NCBI GenBank assembly: GCA_964016885.1
Contig: OZ024740.1
Coordinates: 422,406,001-422,470,000 of the forward strand
Reading direction: 5' to 3'
Length of the DNA: 64,000 nucleotides
Source: Eledone cirrhosa
Lineage: Eukaryota
Shown in pieces: positions 53,945-64,000 of this stretch (the first letter of the stretch is position 1; each line of letters opens with the position of its first letter). The notes beneath the pieces were generated by a model. It was given only the letters and a program-made list of their open reading frames with translations. It was not told where the DNA came from and ran no database searches. The translations under genes and the position numbers were made by a program.

Positions 53945-54330
53945 CTGGGTGCTTTTTGTTGTGTCAACAACACAACCACTTTACAGTGTGGACTGGGTGC
54001 TTTTTGTCATGGCACTAACATGACCACTTTGCAATGAGTACTGGGTGCTTTTTATCGTGACACCAAAACAACCACTTTACAGTGTGGACTGGGAGCTTTT
54101 TGTCATGCACCAACACAACCACTTTACAGTGTGGATTGGTTGCTTTGTGTGGTGGCACCAAAACGACCACTTTACAGTGTGGACTGGGTGCTTTGTGTGG
54201 TGGCACCAAAACGACCACTTTACAGTGGACTAGGTGCTTTTTGTGGTGTCACCAACACAACCACTTTAAAATTAGTACTGGGTGCTTTTTATCGTGACAC
54301 CAAAACAACCACTTTAAAGTGTGTACTAGT
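53945..54330. repeat. ~48-bp tandem repeat (about 8 units) related to the RTE 3' UTR
   Basis: Unit ctgggtgctttttgtcgtggcaccaaaacaaccactttacagtgtgga resembles ~46975-47013, 56569-56655 and 16689-16734. Confidence 0.85.
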
Positions 54331-54370
54331 GAGGGGGGTAAGACATGGGAGGTCTACGGAAGAGGTGGAA

Positions 54371-54543
54371 TATATATGTATACATTTATATATATATATT
54401 ATATATTCACATATGTATATATATATCTATATATACACGTGTGTGTGTGTAACAATAGTAAAAATATATATAGAAAGTTTAAATGTATGTAGAGAATTAC
54501 ATATTTAATTCTCTCTCTCTCTGTGTTCGTGCGTGCGTGTGTA

Positions 54544-54593
<50 letters not shown>

Positions 54594-54673
54594 ATTGTGT
54601 GTATATATATACACACACGTACATATATATATATGTAATTGTGTGTATATATATATACATATATAATTCTATG

Positions 54674-54732
<59 letters not shown>

Positions 54733-54783
54733 CTATGTATTTATATGTATATATATATATACATATATAATTCTATGTATTTC

Positions 54784-54815
<32 letters not shown>
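54371..54815. repeat. TA/TG/TC-rich low-complexity tract
   Basis: Direct reading. Confidence 0.9.
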
Positions 54816-54821
<6 letters not shown>

Positions 54822-55359
54822 GAAATCTATCTAAAATAAACTCTAACCGATCTGTTCCTCGTCTTTGTTATGTACTACCTAAACTGTGTTAAGTCTTTCC
54901 TGTTCATATCTTCTTCCTCTGTATTCCTGTAAGTGCCATGTTTTCTCTCGTTCTTTGTCGTTTCGGGGGGTTTTCTTTTGTACTGCATAACTATAAGCAC
55001 TCGTTTTCTTTTTATATATCTATTGTTAGTCTAAGAAATTCTTATATTATATCATATCCTATCGTATATTATTTTTCTATCGAGTTTATGACATCTTTCT
55101 ATAAAGCTTTTTTTTATTTTCCGATATGCGTAACTGTTTTGTTTTTCAACTATAATCTCTCATAGTTCTATGTCGCACAGTTGTCCTCTTATTTTCCCTT
55201 TTTTTTAATCCCATTACCACTAATTTCTATAATCTTGTTTTCATTTTATTATAAATATGGATATTTCAGATGCTAAACACAAAACACACACTTCAATTGT
55301 AATGCGTATCGTGTGTGTGTGTATATATATAAAGTAGGGTGTAAACGTGTTTAATATAG

Positions 55360-56375
55360 AAATGGCTTCTACAGGACTAGAACTGTTTCATTCAAAAGAA
55401 ATCATTATATATATATATATGGAGAAAAAAAAAATATATATATATGTGTGTGTGTGTAGTTATTTAACCCCAGGTGAAGCCTGATTGAGCAGAGCTATGA
55501 TCAAAAGCATCCCAACCGTGACCATCGCGCAATTCTCGTACGTACGGGGAACCCAGGACTACATCATACAACGTGCCCTTTTCTAAACCGGTGGAGTGTG
55601 ATTTTTAGAATGTTTGGCTGCTATTTCTAGCTAGTCGAGCGACTACGTAGAAAGCCGCTCGCTCGCTGACTGGTGTATTGTATAAAATGCAATGTGGTAT
55701 TTTGTATGTGTAAAGAAAGTCATATCTGTAGTATGTAGTGCGAATGTATGCTATTACCTGTGTATGTGTATATATCACCACATACATATATAAATACCAC
55801 ACACACAGTCGGGTGGGGGGTGATAACCATAGTTAAAAAAAGGTACTCAATACGTTAGTAGAGTATAGGCATCTTTATTATATATAAAAATGACTTCTAC
55901 CGGACTAGAACTGTTCATTTGTATGAAATCACCAGGACATTCTTGATTTCATACGAACGAAACAGTTATAGTCATTTCTATATATACATATATTATATGA
56001 TTTTATTTAGAAAAGGCTTCTACAAGACTAGTACTGTTTCATTCGTATGAAATCATGCGGATAATAATAATGAAATTATTGTGTAAAGTGCTCAGGTGCA
56101 CTACAACTCATCAAAGGTGCATGTATAGATTATTAAAACACTCAAGAAACCTCCTAAGAGATGTAACCCCATAGAAGGCTGGTTAAACTGGCATGAGGTA
56201 CAAGCCATATCCACAACTACAACAAACAATATTTCAGTACTTACTGAAATAGTACTAGTCTATGAAACAGTACTAGTCTTGTAGAAGCCTTTTCTATATA
56301 AACTCCTGTTTTCACTCTACACATGTATTGAGTACCTTATTTGCTGCGGTTAACGCCAACTCAAATCGGGACCTA
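55360..56375. mobile_element. Cluster of decayed Penelope-type pLTR/hammerhead-like remnants in both orientations
   Basis: cttctac..gactag.actgtt(t)catt...gaaatca at ~55366, 55894 and 56017; inverted copy atgaaacagtactagtcttgtagaagcctttt at ~56262. Confidence 0.5.
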
Positions 56376-56391
56376 CTTATATTTATTTATA

Positions 56392-56767
56392 TCATCATCA
56401 TCATTACCGTTTTACGTCCGTTCTTCCACGCTAGCATGGGTTAGACGGGTTGTCCTGTTGTGGGCAGTGTCTGGTCGGCTGGCCATGCCTTGCTCATACA
56501 GGAACTGATTTGGCTTGATTTCTACAGCTGGATGCCCTTCCTAACACCAACCTCATTTACAGTGAGTGCTGGGTGCTTTTTCATGGCGCCTACACGTCCA
56601 CTTTACAGTGTGGGCTGGGTGCTTTTTTGCCGTGGCACCTCCACGACCACCTTGCGGTGGGGGGGGGGGGGGGCATATTGTCTATATGCTTCAGCTTGTA
56701 CCCATGGGAGGTCGGGTACTCTGTATTACTGCGTGACGCCAGAAGTCACGGTCGTGTGTCATTGCCT
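56392..56767 (-). mobile_element. RTE subfamily C 3' tail fragment
   Basis: Near-identical to 46800-47115 with one extra ~48-bp UTR unit. Confidence 0.92.
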
Positions 56768-56941
56768 ATATACATATATATATACATATGTATATATACA
56801 CATACATATATATATATATATACACATATATATACATATATATATATATATACATATATATATACACATATATATATATATATATACACATATATATATA
56901 TACACATATATATATATACACATTTATATATACATATATAT

Positions 56942-58786
56942 GTCGCAGGACCACCAACACGGCCAGTCTGTGGAGCTAACATTGTTAGTAACTACAGACT
57001 GTCCTACTTCCTCTCCCTGATCATACGCCCCATCATTGAAATGTCCCCAGATGTATGTGACAGCATGGAGGACCTCCTCAGCAGAATCGGCGAGAGTAAC
57101 CGATCTAGGGACCTAACAAACTGCATAATAGGTAGTATGGATGTTGTGTCCCTGTATCCATCTATTGACGTGGATTCTGCTGTGGAGAAATGCGTAGAAA
57201 TGATCAGTGAGAGCAATGTTGAGTTCCGTGGGATTGATACCAGTGAGCTGGGACTCCTACTTAAACTTACCTATAGTAATAATTACCTAGACACATATGA
57301 CCTTAGCAACCTGTGCCCTACAAGACCAGCAAGAGGCAGACCACCTACCATTACCTCAATGGCCAAGAAAACCCACACAGATAGATGGAACGGGTGGACC
57401 AGAGCCATACGGACACCCGAAAACCACGATGAACTGAAGAAAATGATTGCACATGCGGTAGGGGCCAGCATAAAACTAACCCTTAAGGAACATATGTTCA
57501 AATTTAATGGAAAAACATATGCCCAAGAGGAAGGAGCAGCCATTGGTGTTAGCATTGCAGGCGACATAGCTAACTTATTCATGGTATGGTGGGACAGTAG
57601 AGTTAAACTTAAAGAACAATTAGAAGACCCCTTAACCCTGATAATGTACTCTCGCTACGTTGATGATATAAACATCGTAGTTAAGACACCCCCACTAGAG
57701 AACAGTCAGGAACTAGAGAAAAACACAATGGAAAGCATCCAGCAAATAGCTAACTCCATCCACCAGAGCATTAGACTTACTGTAGACTACCCAAGTAAAC
57801 ACCCCAACCATCGATTACCTGTACTAGACACAGAGCTCTGGTTAGATACCATTAATAACAAAAAACAAATCCTCCATTCCCATTATGCCAAACCCATGAC
57901 TTCCAAACATCTGATCCACCGAAACTCGGCCGTTTCGGACCATACCAAAATCAACATACTGATTGCGGTTTTGGTACGGGTGATGAGAAACGTGTCCCGC
58001 ATGTACAACCCCGAAGAACTAGAGAGACACATACAACACTTCATCCACCGTATGCAGTTCTCTGGCTACAATCAGAGAGATAAAATCAGAGTGTATAGAG
58101 GAGCCAGAACCAAATGGGAAAAAATGGTAAATAATGACATAAATGGGACCTGCCCCTTGTATAGGAGCAAATTTTGGAATAGAATAGAAAGAACTAGGAA
58201 CAAGGCTAATAGAATAAACTCATGGTATGATAGCAATAAATACCAGAGTGTAATGTTCATCGATACAACCCCTAGAGGTGAATTAGCTTACAAATTTAGA
58301 AGGGCCCTAGATAAACATAAACTCAACATTAAGATAGCAGAAAGACCAGGTACCTCCGTAAAAACACTTATTAGCAAGACATACCCTTTTCAAAGACCCT
58401 CATGTATAGATAAGAAATGTATAACCTGTAAAATAAGCCCCCATATTAACTGTAAAACTAGAAATGTAGTGTATAGCATAAGATGTACTGAAGGACAATG
58501 TAGAGACAAAAATATAGTGTACATAGGTGAGACAGCTCGTAGTGTAGGGGAACGGATAAATGAACACTGGCGAGACCTTCAAGATAGTAAAGAATCATCT
58601 GTACTCTACCAACATGCTAAATTAGAACACAAGGGTAAATTAGAGAACATAGAAATAAAAATAGAATCTACACACAGAAAAGACGCAATGTTTAGACAAA
58701 TCACAGAGGCAATAAACATAAAAGAATTACAACCAAAATTAAATAGAAAATATGAGTGGAACAGCAACATCACAACTTACAATTAA
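56942..58786 (+). CDS. Penelope-like RT and GIY-YIG endonuclease (uninterrupted, N-terminus missing)
   Basis: [37 protein letters not shown], Cys-rich linker CIDKKCITC...C, VVYSIRC...C...VYIGETAR...R...EH. Confidence 0.92.
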   Translation, partial: VAGPPTRPVCGANIVSNYRLSYFLSLIIRPIIEMSPDVCDSMEDLLSRIGESNRSRDLTNCIIGSMDVVSLYPSIDVDSAVEKCVEMISESNVEFRGIDTSELGLLLKLTYSNNYLDTYDLSNLCPTRPARGRPPTITSMAKKTHTDRWNGWTRAIRTPENHDELKKMIAHAVGASIKLTLKEHMFKFNGKTYAQEEGAAIGVSIAGDIANLFMVWWDSRVKLKEQLEDPLTLIMYSRYVDDINIVVKTPPLENSQELEKNTMESIQQIANSIHQSIRLTVDYPSKHPNHRLPVLDTELWLDTINNKKQILHSHYAKPMTSKHLIHRNSAVSDHTKINILIAVLVRVMRNVSRMYNPEELERHIQHFIHRMQFSGYNQRDKIRVYRGARTKWEKMVNNDINGTCPLYRSKFWNRIERTRNKANRINSWYDSNKYQSVMFIDTTPRGELAYKFRRALDKHKLNIKIAERPGTSVKTLISKTYPFQRPSCIDKKCITCKISPHINCKTRNVVYSIRCTEGQCRDKNIVYIGETARSVGERINEHWRDLQDSKESSVLYQHAKLEHKGKLENIEIKIESTHRKDAMFRQITEAINIKELQPKLNRKYEWNSNITTYN

Positions 58787-58991
58787 GGACAAAATGAAAA
58801 CACACACACACATAGAACAAACAACCAACCAGTAACATGTAAATAAATAAACAAATAAATAAATGAACATAAACACACACAGACACCCGGATGTGGCGCA
58901 TGCGCAGACTGAGCACACAACACACACACAGAAACAAAATGGCGTAGGACAGAACAAAGGAGAGGCACAGAAACAAAGAAAGGAATCCCCA

Positions 58992-59034
58992 GTCACTGAA
59001 GAGGTCACAGAGTGTGTGACGAAAGAACTATGAC
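58992..59034 (+). ncRNA. Minimal type I hammerhead ribozyme-like motif
   Basis: gtca-CTGAAGA-g-gtcac(agagtgt)gtgac-GAAA-gaac-TA-tgac: stem I gtca/tgac, stem II gtcac/gtgac, minimal stem III. Confidence 0.6.
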
Positions 59035-59175
59035 AATGTATAAACAACTATCTGGTTGTGGAACCAACCAACCAACCAGAAATTTATAAATTTATAAATT
59101 TATAATAAATTGAAGTGAAAGCAACTGGTGCGTGTGTTTCTTATTGGCAACATGACCCTCCCAAAGTATAACAAT

Positions 59176-59350
59176 ATATATAAATGTGTATATGTATATA
59201 TGTATATATATGTATATATATGTATATATATGTATATATATGTATATATATATATGTATATATATATGTATGTGTATATATATGTATATATATGTATATA
59301 TATATGTATGTGTATATATATGTATATGTATATATGTATATATATATATG

Positions 59351-59413
<63 letters not shown>

Positions 59414-59428
59414 GTATATATATATATG

Positions 59429-59459
<31 letters not shown>

Positions 59460-59474
59460 GTATATATATATATG

Positions 59475-59521
<47 letters not shown>

Positions 59522-59536
59522 GTATATATATATATG

Positions 59537-59567
<31 letters not shown>

Positions 59568-59764
59568 GTATATATATATATGTATATATATATGTATATA
59601 TACATGTATGTGTATATATATGTATATATATATGTATGTGTATATATATGTATATATATATGTATATATATATGTATATATATATGTATATATATATATA
59701 TGTATGTATATATATATGTATGTATATATATATGTATGTATATATATATGTATGTATATATATG

Positions 59765-59801
<37 letters not shown>

Positions 59802-59842
59802 GTATATATATCTATGTATATATATGTATATATATATATGTA
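59176..59842. repeat. (TA)nTG microsatellite
   Basis: Direct reading. Confidence 0.97.
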
Positions 59843-59977
59843 TCATCATCATCATCATCATCAACGTTTAATGTCCGTGTTCCACGCTTGCATGGGTTTG
59901 GACGGGGGTAGTCCCACTTGAGGCAAGAGTGATTGTCTTGCTCGCATAGGACTGTCTGGCAGGTTTTCTACAGTTGG
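59843..59977 (-). mobile_element. RTE subfamily A extreme 3' tail fused to the 608-bp element
   Basis: (CAT)n then caacgtttaatgtccgtgttccacgc...ttttctacagttgg. Confidence 0.9.
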
Positions 59978-60568
59978 TGCTACTGGTAACATGTATCCCA
60001 GTACAACCTGTCTCATGGTCGGGTCGTTGGCGACTAAACTGGCAACCCCACCAAGGTTTCTTGGTGAGGAGGGTGACTTTGGACATCCTGCAGGACTAAA
60101 AACAAAACCTGTCAAAGGTCAAAGGAGCTCTTAAGAGTCAATGGCCATCCAAAATCACCGGGAGAGATGACCCCTTAGCCTTAGTCAAGGTAGAATTCTA
60201 GGAGAAGGAAAACTCTGATATAACACCTGCAACCCTGATGATATCCAATGATGTTGACTTGTTCTTCTTTTTGGTAAATATCATCTTGGTTAAGAGAGTG
60301 GGACTGGCTTTGTGCAGTGCCTTTGCTCACTATAAAAGCTTCACGGCACAGGCATTGCTTTATATCTGGAGATCTCTCTGCATTTGTCGTCACATGGTAC
60401 CATGGGCCCAGCACTATGTGTCAATAATTGTCACAAGTGTAGTGTTTGTACCAGAGTTTTGAAGTCGCTGGTTAGACTAAAAAGTCACACTCGTTCAGCG
60501 TATCGGTAGGGGTTCTCCTACATGGATATAAAGTAGTGGCCGTACTCGAAAACGAGTTGGCAGCCACC
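59971..60568 (+). mobile_element. 608-bp element, copy lacking the first ~9 bp
   Basis: Matches 28339-28937. Confidence 0.88.
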
Positions 60569-60575
60569 ATATATG

Positions 60576-60628
<53 letters not shown>

Positions 60629-60683
60629 GTATATATGTATATATATGTATATATATATATATATGTATATATGTATATATATG

Positions 60684-60718
<35 letters not shown>

Positions 60719-60773
60719 GTATATATGTATATATATGTATATATATATATATGTATATATGTATATATATGTA

Positions 60774-60804
<31 letters not shown>

Positions 60805-60864
60805 ATATGTATGTATATATATGTATATATGTATATATGTATGTATATATATCTATATATATAG

Positions 60865-61453
60865 TAAGGAAAGAATTAGAGATAAGAGGGATCAGATGTT
60901 GTTTACTCGAGAGAAGGCTGCGTTGGTATGGACACGTGATGCGCATGAAAGTCGATAGCTGTATTACAAAGTGCAGGGCAATAAAGATAGACGGTAGCCA
61001 CGGAATAGGCAGACCTAGAAAAACATGGGATGAGCTGATAAACTCCGACCTCACACACTTACACCTCTCCAAGACAATGTCACTGGACCGAGACCTTTGG
61101 CGGTACTCAGTAACAGAGAAGACCCGCCTTGCCAGTAGGCATCTCTAACAAAATACACCCCGTCCCGCCACCACCCCCACCCCATCCACACCACCCCGTT
61201 CTATGTAAAGTTATGTTGGTGCCGCGCCATCCAGGCCGAAACAAATGAGATCGTGTAGGTGTCACGACAAAAAAAACACACAGTCCACGCGGACTGTAAA
61301 TGTGGTTGGTGTTAGGAAGGGCATCCAACTGTAGAAAACCTGCCAGACAGTCCTATGCGAGCAAGACAATCACTCTTGCCTCAAGTGGGACAACCCCCGT
61401 CCAAACCCATGCAAGCGTGGAACACGGACGTTAAACGTTGATGATGATGATGA
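60865..61453 (+). mobile_element. RTE subfamily A 3' fragment with UTR deletion and (GAT)n tail
   Basis: [12 protein letters not shown]...TRLASRHL*, then UTR. Confidence 0.93.
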
Positions 61454-61623
61454 TATGTATATATGTATATATATATATATATGTATATGTATATATGTGT
61501 ATATATGTATATATGTGTATATATATGTATATATATATATGTACATATATATATGTATATATATGTATATATGTATATATATATATGTATATATATGTAT
61601 ATATATATATGTATATATATATG

Positions 61624-62571
61624 TCATCATCATCATCATCATCATCAACGTTTAACGTCCGTGTTCCACGCTTGCATGGGTTTGGACGGGGGTAGTCCCA
61701 CTTGAGGCAAGAGTGATTGTCTTGCTCGCATAGGACTGTCTGGCAGGTTTTCTACAGTTGGATGCCCTTCCTAACACCAACCACATTTACAGTGTGGGTC
61801 TGGGAGGTTTTTACCGTGTTGCCTACACGGCCACATTACAGCGTGGACTGTGTGTTTTTTTGTCGTGACACCTACACGATCTCATTTGTTTTGGCCTGGA
61901 TGGCGCGGCACCAACATAACTTTACATAGAACGGGGTGGTGGCGGGACGGGGTGTATTTTGTTGGAGATGCCTACTGGCAAGGCGGGTCTTCTCTGTTAC
62001 TGAGTACCGCCAAAGGTCTCGGTCCAGTGACATTGTCTTGGAGAGGTGTAAGTGTGTGAGGTCTGAGTTTATCAGCTCATCCCAGGTTTTTCTAGGTCTG
62101 CCTATTCCGTGGCTACCGTCTATCTTCATTGCCCTGCACTTTGTTATACAGCTATCGACTTTCATGCGCATCACGTGTCCATACCAACGCAGCCTTCTCT
62201 CGAGTAAACAACATCTGATCCCTCTTATCTCTAATTTTTTCCTTAGTTCGTTTATGCTTTGCCGTTCACGTATATTACTGTTACACATCCAGCGGAGCAT
62301 GCAAGCTTCGTTCCTCTCTAGTCTGCGTATATCCTCTGCACACAATGCCCAGGTCTCACTACCATGCAACATTGCTGTTCGTATGCAGGCATCGTACAAC
62401 CTGCCTTTCATTTTTAGGGAGAACCCTTTAGCAGCTAATAGTGGTATAAGCTCTCTGAACTTTTTCCAACCAGTTCTGACTCTAGCTACAGTACTTTCAG
62501 AGCACCCTCCCCCACTGCTGATTTTATCGCCCAGGTAACGGAAGCTGTCCACTATTTCTATAGAACCCTCT
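61624..62571 (-). mobile_element. RTE subfamily A 3' fragment, tail-to-tail with the previous copy
   Basis: (CAT)n, UTR and [14 protein letters not shown]...RLASRHL on the minus strand. Confidence 0.95.
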
Positions 62572-62596
62572 GTATATATATGTATATATATATATG

Positions 62597-62643
<47 letters not shown>

Positions 62644-62766
62644 GTATATATATGTATGTATATATATATATGTATATATATGTATATATATGTATATATA
62701 TATATGTATATATATGTATATATATATATATGTATATATATGTATATATATATATGTATATATATG

Positions 62767-62797
<31 letters not shown>

Positions 62798-63156
62798 GTA
62801 TATATATGTATATATATATATGTATATATATATATGTATATATATATATGTATATATATGTATATATATATATGTATATATATGTATATATATATATATG
62901 TATATATATGTATATATATATATATGTATATATATATATGTATATATATGTATATATATATATGTATATATATATATGTATATGTATATGTATGTATATA
63001 TGTATATGTATATATATATGTATATATATATATGTATGTATATGTATGTATATATATATATGTATATATATATGTATGTATATGTATGTATATATATATA
63101 TGTATATATATATGTATATATATATATGTATATATATATATGTATATATATATATG

Positions 63157-63187
<31 letters not shown>

Positions 63188-63488
63188 GTATATATATATG
63201 TATATATATATGTATATGTATATGTATATGTATATATATATGTATATGTATATGTATATGTATATATATATGTATATGTATATATATATGTATATATATA
63301 TGTATATATATATGTATATATATATGTATATATATATGTATATATATATGTATATGTATATATATATGTATATATATATGTATATGTATATATATATGTA
63401 TATATATATGTATATGTATATATATATGTATATATATATGTATATGTATATATATATGTATATATATATGTATATATATATGTATATA

Positions 63489-63565
<77 letters not shown>

Positions 63566-63654
63566 GTATATATGTATATATATATATATATGTATATATA
63601 TGTATATATATATGTATATATATGTATATATATATGTATATGTATATATATATG

Positions 63655-63692
<38 letters not shown>

Positions 63693-63720
63693 TGTATATA
63701 TGTATATGTATATATATATG

Positions 63721-63758
<38 letters not shown>

Positions 63759-63979
63759 TGTATATATATGTATGTATATATATATGTATATATATGTATG
63801 TATATATATATGTATATATATGTATGTATATATATATGTATATATATGTATGTGTATATATATGTATGTATATATATATGTATATATATGTATGTATATA
63901 TGTATGTATATATATATGTATATATATGTATGTATATATATATGTATATATATGTATGTATATATATATGTATATATAT
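62572..63979. repeat. (TA)/(TATG) microsatellite
   Basis: Direct reading. Confidence 0.98.
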
Positions 63980-64000
63980 GGCCGGTGCTCTGGTGCAATA
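63979..64000 (+). mobile_element. Start of another 5'-truncated RTE copy at the window edge
   Basis: tggccggtgctctggtgcaata matches RTE ORF at ~20067-20088. Confidence 0.65.

Larger units (their letters stand above)
56941..59175 (+). mobile_element. Penelope-like element, 5'-truncated, flanked by TA tracts
   Basis: RT plus GIY-YIG ORF followed by a ~390-bp 3' UTR containing a hammerhead-like motif. Confidence 0.93.

Noticed and set aside
55465-55670. Possible additional SINE-like interspersed repeat
   Set aside because: Looks familiar but has no second copy in the window and no diagnostic boxes.

Overview
Eukaryotic, extremely repeat-rich DNA with no conventional host gene. The RTE tails, SINE and (TA)n load resemble cephalopod (octopod) genomes; that assignment is recollection-level inference. 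Contents: (1) decayed RTE LINE fragments and a tRNA-SINE (1-3.6 kb); (2) a ~9.7-kb satellite of 55/59-bp units copied from RTE reverse-transcriptase coding sequence; (3) a ~48-kb nest of (TA)n/(TATG)n tracts holding young RTE copies of three subfamilies whose ORF carries a PHD-type C4HC3 finger, a near full-length L1/Tx1-like element, a Penelope-like RT/GIY-YIG element with a hammerhead-like motif, four copies of a ~608-bp non-coding element, and two long inverted-repeat structures; (4) a ~3.7-kb unique island (37.0-40.6 kb). The island contains a three-exon SGNH-hydrolase-like gene with 55- and 57-nt introns that the ORF track misses, a convergent unknown ORF and a foldback structure. It is the best candidate for an undescribed gene-carrying mobile element. 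Most long Y/I/M/C/V-rich ORFs in the track are microsatellite artefacts.
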